Below, one piece after another: positions 49,659 to 60,300 of a stretch of DNA of 64,000 nt. The stretch comes from a virus (taxonomy: Duplodnaviria; Caudoviricetes): positions 24,662 to 88,661 of IMG/VR virus record IMGVR_UViG_3300032167_000083; one strand, 5' to 3'. The translations under genes and the position numbers were made by a program. Under the pieces are notes generated by a model. The model had not been told where the DNA came from and ran no database searches. It saw nothing but the letters and a program-made list of their open reading frames with translations. The first letter of the stretch is position 1, and each line of letters opens with the position of its first letter.

Positions 49659-50426
49659 ATGGGAAAGAGAATAAATGAATTAACAAGTATAGAGGATGCT
49701 TCTAATTTAAGTATAAATGATTATTTTTTAGTAGATGATGGTGGAGAAGAGAATAGCAAAAAAATTTCTTTTGAAATGTTAAAGGATGTCATAACATCAG
49801 AAGTTTCAAAAAAAGTTGATGAAATGTCAACAAATATGGGGAATATTATGAATTATAAATACATATATTTAGAGGGGAATGGTACTGATTTCTTAGAAGT
49901 TTTACCTAATATGATGGTTCTTTGTTTTCCTACAGCTAAATGTGTAAATGTATGTAATGTGTCTGGAGCTTGTGTAGAAAATAAATTGAAAAATATAGGG
50001 ACATTAATTTTACAAACAGGGTGTGGGGATGATGGTTACAATCATGGTGCTGCATTCTGGTTATCTGAAACAGGTGTAGGAATGCCAGATAATAAAAGAT
50101 GTTTTTATTTAGGTGATCAAGCACATTACTTAAAATCGAGTGATACAGGTTCAATAAATGTAGTTTATCATGATCCTGAAGGAAAAGCTAAAAGATGTCA
50201 TTATATAGAAACTATAGATGCAACAGATGACAGAGTACATAGATTTGGAGCGAGTTATGATACTTATCCAGTTTGGAATGGTTCTGTTTTTAATTTTGAA
50301 GGAAGTGCTGTAGCTCAAGGATGTTATTATATGGAAGAAGGAGATTCTTTACATTATTATAAAACAGTAAATGAAGATGGTACAACAAATAATGGATTTA
50401 AATGCTATGGTATAGTACAAGAATAA
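49659..50426 (+). CDS. fibre-like protein with a diverged copy of the N-terminal module
   Basis: MGKRINEL...DYFLVDD....SKKIS..MLKD. Confidence 0.65.
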   Translation: MGKRINELTSIEDASNLSINDYFLVDDGGEENSKKISFEMLKDVITSEVSKKVDEMSTNMGNIMNYKYIYLEGNGTDFLEVLPNMMVLCFPTAKCVNVCNVSGACVENKLKNIGTLILQTGCGDDGYNHGAAFWLSETGVGMPDNKRCFYLGDQAHYLKSSDTGSINVVYHDPEGKAKRCHYIETIDATDDRVHRFGASYDTYPVWNGSVFNFEGSAVAQGCYYMEEGDSLHYYKTVNEDGTTNNGFKCYGIVQE

Positions 50427-50467
50427 TATGAATAAGAATAATAAAAAATAGAAGGAAGTGATTAAAA

Positions 50468-51628
50468 ATGACAGCCAATGAAAAGAGAGATCTTTTAGTT
50501 AGACAAGCACTTACAAGGCAGGGAAAAAATCAATATTCACAAGATAGTAAAAAAAGAATAAAAATAGAATCGGGATATGGAGATTGTTCAGGTACTGTTT
50601 GGTATTGGTATAATAAACTTTTTGGAATTAACATAGGTGGCAATACAGAAGCACAGATAAAATCAACAAATGGAGATAGAGTAAATCTTACAATTACAAA
50701 AGGTATTCCTGATGAGAGTAAAATGAAAAAAGGTGATTTACTTTATTTTAGAGGTACTGATAATTCAAGGACTGATGGTGTTGGTCATGTTGAAATGTAT
50801 ATTGGGAATGGTCAAATTTTTGGTCATGGTTCTGGAGTAGGGGGGACTGTAAAAAATATGGTATCTTATTGTAGAACACGATATAACACTTCCTCTACTT
50901 CGAAATTAAAAAATAAGGGATTAATTTGTGTAAAAAGATTTATTAAAGATGATGAGATAGTAAGTCCAACTAAAGCGATAGGGGTTGTAACCGATAATTT
51001 AAATATCAGAACTGAATATAGCACAAATGGTAGTATTTTAGATACAATTCCTGCAAATCATGCAATGTTAATAACTAATACATGCAGTAATGGATGGTAT
51101 AAAATTAAATATAATGGAATTGAAGGTTATGTTCATGGTGGTTATGTTAATGTATTTGATTATCATTGGGCTTCAGATGCATTAATTACATTGATTAATA
51201 ATGGAATAATTGAAAATCCTGAAATTTGGTCACAATATGAAGATGGTGCAACAAAAGCAGAATTTGCAAGTTTAATTAATAAAATTATAAAAGGACACTC
51301 AAACGCAATAAATAAATCAGGTTTTCATTGGAGTTATGATATTATGCAAGAACTGTATAAAAAAGGTTATATAAATGATTTAGATTATTGGTGTGATTAT
51401 CCTGATCAAAAGATTAATAATACCTCTGTTATGGGAGTATTATGTAATATAAAAGGTGGAATTCTTGATAAATATAAAAATAGAGAAGTAGACCATATTG
51501 GAAGAAATTATTTGGATTCATTATGTGATTATGAAGTTATAAGAACATGGCAATCATGGGTCGATTTTGATGCTGTATGCAGTAGAGGTAAAATAATTCA
51601 AATAGTTGTTAATGCATTTTTTAAATAA
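50468..51628 (+). CDS. NlpC/P60 cell-wall peptidase with SH3b domain (endolysin-like)
   Basis: GDCSG, GDLLYF, GHVEMYIG; LNIR...GWYKI.YNG.EGYV. Confidence 0.85.
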   Translation: MTANEKRDLLVRQALTRQGKNQYSQDSKKRIKIESGYGDCSGTVWYWYNKLFGINIGGNTEAQIKSTNGDRVNLTITKGIPDESKMKKGDLLYFRGTDNSRTDGVGHVEMYIGNGQIFGHGSGVGGTVKNMVSYCRTRYNTSSTSKLKNKGLICVKRFIKDDEIVSPTKAIGVVTDNLNIRTEYSTNGSILDTIPANHAMLITNTCSNGWYKIKYNGIEGYVHGGYVNVFDYHWASDALITLINNGIIENPEIWSQYEDGATKAEFASLINKIIKGHSNAINKSGFHWSYDIMQELYKKGYINDLDYWCDYPDQKINNTSVMGVLCNIKGGILDKYKNREVDHIGRNYLDSLCDYEVIRTWQSWVDFDAVCSRGKIIQIVVNAFFK

Positions 51629-51670
51629 TTTCTTATAAAAATAATATTTTATTTGAGAAAAGGAGTGTTA

Positions 51671-51813
51671 AATAAATGGATAAAAAGAGAATACATGATT
51701 TGGAGCTTTTATCGGATTTATCTGAAATTACAGAAACAGATTTTTTAATCATTGATGATGAAAATGAAACAAGTTCAAAAAAAATACCTGTATTGATGTT
51801 AAAAGATATATTA
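51671..51813 (+). repeat. direct repeat (shared 5' gene module), copy B
   Basis: Near-identical to 48278..48420. Confidence 0.85.
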
Positions 51814-51900
51814 ACAGAAGGTGTTGAATCATCAGTTAAAGAATATGTTGATACAAGTATACAAGCTGCCATTTTTGATAGTTGGGAGGCGAGTGTATAA
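51676..51900 (+). CDS. short protein made of the shared N-terminal module
   Basis: 74 aa, AAGGAG RBS. Confidence 0.65.
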   Translation: MDKKRIHDLELLSDLSEITETDFLIIDDENETSSKKIPVLMLKDILTEGVESSVKEYVDTSIQAAIFDSWEASV

Positions 51901-52664
51901 TGAGTGTACAACAGGAAAATTTTACAGCCATTGCAAACAAAATAAGAGAAAAAACTGGTCAAATAGAACTTATAAAACCAAATGAATTTGTAAATAAAAT
52001 TGATGATGTTTATTCTGCAGGTAAAAAATCTGAATATGATACTTTTTGGGATGAGTACCAAAATAATGGTGAGAGAACTGATTATACTCAGGCTTTTGCT
52101 AGAGATGGATGGACTGATACAACTTTTAATCCAAAATATAAAATAACCCCAACAATATTATATTATACTTTTGCAAATAGTAAAATTGCTGATGCTTATG
52201 ATATTTTTAGAGAAAAATTGGATACATCACAGTGTACAGATGTACGTGGGGCTTTTAGAAATGCAAAATTTTCAACATTGCCAAGCCTGAACTTTTGTAA
52301 TGTTAATACCGAATTAAGAGACGTGTTTTATGGCAATCCTGATTTATATTCTATAGATGAAATCAAATGTCCCGATCTAATACTTAGTTTTACAAATGCT
52401 TTTGTTGGTTGTACTAAATTAAAAGAAATTCGATTTACTGGAATATTAGGTAAAACTTTAGACTTTAGGGATTGTCCGTTATCTGTAGATAGTATGAAAA
52501 ATATAATTTCTCATCTATTGAGTTATCGTATGGAATCTGATGCATTTACTCAATCTTTGATATTTTCAAGTGATTGTTGGGCATTGTTAAATGAGAGTGA
52601 TCCTATTGATGGATATGAGTCATGGCAAGAGTATATACATTATGCTTATGCGTGGAATGTTTAA
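51900..52664 (+). CDS. BspA/DUF285-like repeat surface or fibre protein (putative)
   Basis: AIANKIREKTG N-terminus; LDTSQCT..AF / AF.GCTKL repeats; TAATG coupling. Confidence 0.55.
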   Translation: MSVQQENFTAIANKIREKTGQIELIKPNEFVNKIDDVYSAGKKSEYDTFWDEYQNNGERTDYTQAFARDGWTDTTFNPKYKITPTILYYTFANSKIADAYDIFREKLDTSQCTDVRGAFRNAKFSTLPSLNFCNVNTELRDVFYGNPDLYSIDEIKCPDLILSFTNAFVGCTKLKEIRFTGILGKTLDFRDCPLSVDSMKNIISHLLSYRMESDAFTQSLIFSSDCWALLNESDPIDGYESWQEYIHYAYAWNV

Positions 52665-52681
52665 AAAGGAGAGAATAAAAT

Positions 52682-52984
52682 ATGAAAAATATAATTTATG
52701 AAGACATAAAACCATCTTTCATTGAGAACACTATAACTCAAAAAATTTTTTTAGATGGTATTCATGAAACTTATGCTATACTCCCTTGTGAAGATTATGT
52801 GTTGCATGATAAATTATTAGATTTTGAGATATTGGACCCTATTACATATGAACCAACAGGGGATGTTGTTTTAGGATTCTATCAAAACATGATTACTGTA
52901 AAGAATGATTATGATTTTACTGAAAATCCAAGGGAGTTTTATGCAGTATTAAAAAGTGAAGTTAATGAAGGTAAGTGTTTTTAA
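52682..52984 (+). CDS. hypothetical protein
   Basis: 100 aa, RBS. Confidence 0.65.
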   Translation: MKNIIYEDIKPSFIENTITQKIFLDGIHETYAILPCEDYVLHDKLLDFEILDPITYEPTGDVVLGFYQNMITVKNDYDFTENPREFYAVLKSEVNEGKCF

Positions 52985-53055
52985 TTAAAAATATAATAAA
53001 AAGTAAATACAAGAAAATATTATAAAATAAAAAAAGTTTTTAAGGAGAAAAGATT

Positions 53056-53667
53056 ATGGAAAATAAAATTATATCATTGAATGAAGTTTTAGAAATAGGA
53101 AACAGATATAAAAATGGAGATATGACGTATGATGAATTAAAGGCATGGGGCGACACTATTCTAATAAGAACATATATGCCGATAAGGGAAAAAATTGAAC
53201 GTATAACTAAAATTTTATTTGATGAAACATATAGTGAAGATATAATAGAAAGATTTCTTGAATTAGAGATGAATAAATTCTGGTTTTTATTACTTGGATA
53301 TACAGATATTCAAATTGATGAAGAGACGGATTTATTGACTGAAGATAATTATAATTTAGCGTTTGGGCTTCTTGGTGATTGGCTTTTGAATTTTGTAAAG
53401 CTTGATTATGATAGAAGTATGGAATTATTTGATAGTATTTATAATTATTTAAATGTAGAAGATTTAAGACAAAGTTTTAATAATTTAGCAGGTACTGATT
53501 TTAGTAAAATGATGGAATCAAATCAATCATTATTAGAATTTTTCTCTCAAGATAGAGAGGGCATGGATAAATTATTAAAATTGGCAACTTTAAATCAATC
53601 GAGAGATCTTGAAATATGGAACAAGTTAGAAAGCATTTTAAAAGATGCTCAATCAAATAATAAGTAA
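53056..53667 (+). CDS. hypothetical protein (tail assembly chaperone position)
   Basis: 203 aa, AAGGAG RBS. Confidence 0.65.
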   Translation: MENKIISLNEVLEIGNRYKNGDMTYDELKAWGDTILIRTYMPIREKIERITKILFDETYSEDIIERFLELEMNKFWFLLLGYTDIQIDEETDLLTEDNYNLAFGLLGDWLLNFVKLDYDRSMELFDSIYNYLNVEDLRQSFNNLAGTDFSKMMESNQSLLEFFSQDREGMDKLLKLATLNQSRDLEIWNKLESILKDAQSNNK

Positions 53668-53687
53668 GCCGATATTATTTAAAATAT

Positions 53688-53737
53688 TTGGTGATGAGAC
53701 GATATACGTTTTTGTATATCGTCTTTTTTTTCACCAA
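53688..53737 (+). terminator. intrinsic terminator
   Basis: AGACGATATAC..GTATATCGTCT + T-run. Confidence 0.7.
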
Positions 53738-53777
53738 AAGAAAATTGGAAAATTTATAGAAAGGATGATGGTAGATT

Positions 53778-54284
53778 ATGCTTAATGGTTTACAATTATG
53801 GGATAGTACACGATTGAAATTAAGTAAAATGACAAAAAACTTACCTATTAAGGAAAGGTCACAGATAAATGATTCAGTATTTAAAAAAGGACAAGCAATA
53901 ATGAAAAGTAAAGCATTAAGTTTAGTCTATGATAAATATGGAAATCAAATATATGAAAAGACATCTGATTTGACAAATGTATTTAATTTAAAAAAATCAG
54001 GTACTGATACTATAATAACTAAAGATGATAAAAAATTGATTGAAACACAATCAAAAGATGATAAAAATAATTCAGATTTTATTCCTTATGGTTCTATTGA
54101 GGGGGTTGAAAGGGATAATGTAAAATATGATGCATTTACAGAGAGTCATTTTAAACCTCAAAATGAATATTTATTTGTTGAGCAAGAACGAAAACAATTA
54201 AAAGAAGATGTTTTTAATGAAGGAATAAATGAATTAAATGATTATGTAAATACCGAAGTAGTGAAACTATATTCGTTAAAATAG
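53778..54284 (+). CDS. hypothetical protein
   Basis: 168 aa, RBS. Confidence 0.65.
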   Translation: MLNGLQLWDSTRLKLSKMTKNLPIKERSQINDSVFKKGQAIMKSKALSLVYDKYGNQIYEKTSDLTNVFNLKKSGTDTIITKDDKKLIETQSKDDKNNSDFIPYGSIEGVERDNVKYDAFTESHFKPQNEYLFVEQERKQLKEDVFNEGINELNDYVNTEVVKLYSLK

Positions 54285-54326
54285 ATATTAAAATTGAGAT
54301 TTTATTAGAAAGGAATGTGAATATAT

Positions 54327-57300
54327 ATGGCTAAAAATAAAAATCAAAGAATAGATTTTGGATGGGAAAATAATTTTGGTGTAAAAACATCAGAAGATAT
54401 AAAAGATTTACAAGAAGTTCTTCAATCATTAAATGTTGCGAAAGAAGAATACGATCAATATTCATTAAGTAAGATTAAAGATGCTTCACAAGTTGATAAA
54501 CTATATACACATATATTAACAAAAATGAATAAAGATGGAGAAATTGAGAAAAAAATAGGACTAGAAATAAAAAGAAAAAATGATCAAATTCAAAATATTC
54601 AAAAAAAAACAATGGAAGTTAGAAAAGTTATTAATGATGTAACTGATGGGTTAATTCAAGATAAAGAGATAATATCTCGAAACTTTTTAGATAATCAAGG
54701 AAAAGTAGTTGATGAAAAGTTTTTTACTACTAAAGGTCTTTCTATTAGAAGTAATAAAAATGAAGCAGATCCTCTTAAAGTGTTAGAAGAAAAGAAGAGA
54801 ATTTTAGAAAATTCTTTACATGAAAGATATAAGTATAGTGCTTCAAGGGGAACAGTAGGTGTAGAGGAACAAATAGAATATTTTGAAGGATTTGATGAAC
54901 TTTATCAAGATCAGTATGATGAATGGGGTAAAACTATTGATTATATTGATACTGTAATTCAAAAGATAAATTCAAGTAATAGGTCTGATGAAAAAAAGAA
55001 TAAAGAGATTAAGAGATGGAGAGATATACAAGATCGTGCGAGAAAAACATATCAAAAATCTGCACATAAAAATAATGGAACACTTTCTTCTGTGGCTTTA
55101 AATTGGGCAGATATTAAGGATGGGAGTGCTAAAATTTCTGATTTTGATCCATATTATAATTTACAAACAGCAGTTGAGACTATGACCGAAGAATTAAATG
55201 AAAAATATAGTACATTGAAGGGACAAATTATAGCAGATTCTAAAAAAGATTATTCTGATAAAATTAAGAAATTTGCTAATGGAAGATTTACATTAGGTAA
55301 AAAATCAACAAAAGTTGAAAAAAAACTTTCAAAAGATACTCATTTAGAACATATACAAAAAACACAGAATTTAGATGCTGATGCACTTAAAGAACTTGAT
55401 CATATATTTGAAAAAGGAGTTAGTGTTATTGGTAGAGCCAAAGAATATTATGATGCTAAATATAAGGATACAGAAACTCCTGAAATAGATTTAGATGTAG
55501 CTCGAAAAATAAGAACTGCTTTTGAAAATGTGGAAAAACCAATTAAAGAAGTAGAAACTCGAAAAAACACAAGATATAGTGGACAAGGAGTTTCTATATC
55601 AAATAGAATGAAAGAATTAATGAATTCTACTGGTGTAAAAACTGTAATGGATTTGCCAAAAAAATTGGCTTATTTTGATTTTGAAACAATTGGAGAAGAT
55701 AAGTTTGCAACACAGTTTTCAATAAGATATGGAGACCAAAGTATTACTAAATTTTTTAAATTAACTGAAGAAAAGGCAAAATATATAAATGATACTTTAG
55801 GCAAATTGCAATCCTCTAAAGATGGGGATGATAATTTATCTAGGCAGGAAAAAATGGATTTATATCAAATGGCAGATTATTCAATGGTAACTTCTCCAGA
55901 TAAAACAAAAAGGATTGTTGCAAAGCATGGAGATTATGATTTATCAAAAGCAATTCCAAAACATATGATTCAACGTATAAAAGATGGTATTGAAATAATG
56001 ACAAAAGGAGAAGGTATCGTTAATCTTTTAGAATACAATGATACAGAATTAGGAGTTAGAAATTTCTTAAATACTACTTTAAAATCTGTTGTAGAAGAAG
56101 GGTATGCTACAACTGGTCATAATATTAGAACTTTTGATAATTCAGTATTTAAAAATATTGGAGTTGATGAAAAGTTATATTCTAATTTTATAGATAGTTT
56201 TGAAGTTGTAAAAGAATTTTATCAACATGGTTCACAACGTCAAGGAAAAGATGGCAAAATAAAAACATTAACAGGACATACATTATCAGATCTTGCTGAC
56301 TTCTTTGAAATAGATATGGAAAAAGAATTAAAAAAACAAGAGAATAAAAATATTACACAGCATACAGCAGATTATGATACATTGTTGCAAAAAAAAATCT
56401 TCGAAAAGATTATAAAACATTCTAATCGAATTAAGAATTTAAATACAGATAAAATCACACAAGACAAAAAGGCATTTATTAGACAAGGTAATGTGATGGT
56501 TGCTGCTCGTAATATTATTCGTCAAGGCTCTAATTCTTTTAAAATTGATGAAGATGGTAATGTAGACACAAGTTCTTATGGAAAATTACTTATGGAAAGA
56601 GGAGGAGCTTACGAATTTTTAGGAGCAAATAATGATGTTATCGATAAGATTGTGAGTTCTTGGAGGAATGTAGACACAGGAGAATTAGTTTATACTGAAC
56701 ATTCAGATATGGGAGATTTAGCAAATTTTATTTCTCGTGTTGGAGATGGTATTGCATTTAATGTTAATGATTTAGAGCAAAAAAAGAAAAAAAAAGATCG
56801 AAATAATATAGAAAATCCAATTAATTTAAAAGATCGTGCTTTTTCTCGTATTTTTAATGGAAAGCATAATAAATTAAATGGATATCAATTATTAGAATCT
56901 TTTTATGAACAATTCAATAGTGAACAAACTAATGCAACTTCTGGTCAAAAACAATTGTTTAAAAATTTAGATAAAGATAAAGATTTTAAAGATGTTATAT
57001 TTAAACTATATGAACAGTTGAATGATGAAAATCTTACAAACAAAGAAAAAGATTTTATTTTAAAAAAAGCAGGTTCAGAATTTATTACTTATGGAGAAGC
57101 TTTTACAGAAGCAACTATAGGACATCTTGCAAAGACAAAAGCAGAAGATACTGTTTCTTCTTATAGAGCAGCATATGCAGAAATTTTACAAGAATGGAGA
57201 AATTATCTACCAGAAAATGTATATCAGACAGCATTAGAAACGTTAAAAAGTTGGAATAAAATGTCTGATTCTGAAATTGCTGAAAAGAATGGATTTCATT

Positions 57301-60300
57301 GGCTAAATAAAATGATTCTTGATAATTTAAATCAAGAAGAATTTATGAAGCATAATAATAAATTAGGTTTTTTAAATATACATAGAAATCAATTAAAGAA
57401 CGGAAAAGGAAAAGAAAAAAAAACTATAGATTCTTTTGTAAATGATTATGTTGATAATTTTAAAAAAGTATTTCCAAAAAATAAAGGAAAAACAATGGCT
57501 GTTGATAGTTTGTTAGAAAATGGTAAGAAGTTATGGGGGCAAGAATTTGAAGATGCTCTTACAGGAAAATTTAAAAAAACTAGATTAGATAAAACAAAGA
57601 AGTTTGGAAGAAATTCGAAAGAATGGGAAGAGTATGAGAGAGCATATGATGAAGCTACAAACAATCAAAGAGGGATAAAAGGTAATTCTGCAAGTATTTT
57701 AGGGCAATTAAAAAAATTAGAGAACTTTTTTATGTCTTCTGAGAGTGGTAGAGGATATGGCATGACATTATTACCTTCTATGGATGGTAAGTCAATTAGA
57801 CTTGGATTATACTCTAATAGAAAAATGGAAGATTATATGACAGATGGAGAGTTAGATATTGAAAAGATGGCTAGTGCTGTAATTCCATTGGATTTTGGAG
57901 ATGGAAATATAAAAAAAGGATATCAAGATATTGTTAATGTTTTTTCTGCAAGAAATGATGGAACAAGAGAAATGTTAACAACTCTTAATGAAGATGCATT
58001 TTATTCATTAATTCAAAAAATAATGATGCCTGAAAGTTATATTTTGAGAAGTTTAGATGATGATAAAATAGGATTGGCTTCTTGGGCTATGAGAAAAGCC
58101 ATTAATGATAAATTGGTAGCTCCATCCGCAGGAACATATCAAAGAGGTAGTGATTTTGTAGATTCTTACGATGCTACTGGAGCAACTAAAGAACAATTGT
58201 TTGCAAAAAGAACAAAAATGGGTTTAAATGGATTAGTGACAAGAGCTTTAAAATCAATTGGATTTAAGTCAGACTCAGATATAGAAAAATATAGACAAGA
58301 TGCAATACAATATATGTACCTTTTGAATGCAGGATTAACAAAAGATGCAGAAGGTAGTTTGGATGTTTTTTTAAGAGATGCTTTAAAATTACCTGAAAAT
58401 AAAAATGTAGGAATAGATGCAATAAAAAAAAGATTTGAAACACATGTAGGTAGATTAGTAAACCCACATCTTTTTAATTTTAATTTATCTGCTGATAAAG
58501 AAGAAGCAGCACAAGAAGGTCTTGCAAGTATGTTAAGTGCAAGAGATTTAGACCCATCTGGTATTTTACATCCAGAAGCTAATAGAGGTATAGATCAATC
58601 AACTAATAATTTGTTATTAAAAATAATGAAAGGATTTTATTCTTATGATTTTAAAAATAAAACAAATGAAAATGTATTAAAGAAATATGGTGTGTATAAA
58701 AATTCATTTACTACAGATATTGGAAATATAAATTCTGACATTATTAATTACGATGCATTAACTCATGGTAAATTTGAAACAATACAAATGGAAGAAGATG
58801 GGTTAAGAATAGTTTATGAAGAGGGTGCTAAGAGATTACAAGAGGATATAGATAATGAATTAAAAAAAACAACACCAGATGTAGAAAAAGTTAATGAGTG
58901 GAAAAAACAAATTTCACATTATCAAACAGCTTTAAAAAATGGTTTATATCCATCTGTTAAAAATGATAGTTTGATAATTGATAAAGAATTTGCAGAAATG
59001 TTAAGTTTAGAATCTAGATCACATAGTTTAAAATTTAAAGATGCAGAAGAGGCTATTAGAGTTTTAAGAAAATTTAATTTTGATGATGGTGATAAAGATT
59101 TACAAGATCCTATAAGAAGCTTAGGTGTTGGAGAAATTTTAAAGATAAAAGATGGAGAAGATAGAAGATTTAAAAATGTTTCTTTTTCACATAATTGGAA
59201 AGAAATGGAACTTAATTCTAACCATATGTTTGATAAATTAGAAAAAAGAGCAGATGGTACATATTTAATGACTTATACAGAAAATAAAAAATTTGATACA
59301 GGAACAAAAGCATTGTTTAATAATCGTGGTACATTTATGTACTTAGATCATTATCTTGCTAATATTGCTAGAGAATTGTTTGGTGGAGGATTTCAAACAG
59401 ACGAGAATGGTAATATATTAAGAGACACAGAAGGTAATAAATTATTAAAAAGTTCAGCTTCTTTATTTATTCCAAAGCGTAAGAAATCAAAGATGAGAGA
59501 ACAAGATTTGATGTTATATGAAGCAGGAGACCTTTATAATGTATTACAATATGCTAAACGTTATGCAGAAGAAAAAGGTATTATAGATCCTAATGATGAA
59601 ACAAGTGTAGAAAATTTTAAAAATGTTTTATCTAATGTTTTATCAAAGAATACTAATCTTATGAAAAATTGGATACAGCCTATAAGAAAAGGTACAGATA
59701 TTCTTTTTAATTCAGGAAGTTATGAACAAGATGGTGTAGCTATAGATAATTTCGGAAACCATTTATATGGGAATGATATTTATGATGAAAATGGAAAGAT
59801 ATATCAAGGAGATGATGCTACTGTTGAAAATAAATGGAGATTAATGTGGCAAAAGGGATATACATTAAATGGTATTAGAGACGATAGAACAAGATTAGAA
59901 GAAGGTTTAGATGAGATGTTCCATAAAGAGTATGGTCTAGCTAAAAATTCTTTTAAAAATAGAATACCTGAAAATTCTATACTGATGAATTTTAGACCTG
60001 CAAATGATCCTCATTATTTTAAGCCAACTGGTACTGTTAGTCAAGAAGATGCAGAAAAATATAGTAGATACAAAGTTTCAAAAAATGCGAGAGATTCTTT
60101 AAAAAGAAAAGTTGGTTTATATTCTCAATATTTAACTCCTGAAGAAAAAACAGCACTTGAGGAATTTTATGAACCTTTTACTTCAGAAAAATCAGTTGAT
60201 GAAGTAGCTGAAAAACTTCAAGCCGAATATGGAGGTATGTTAACTCGTAATTTAGATTTTATGAGTGGTAATGGGAATAAAATTGTTGAAGAATTTGCAA

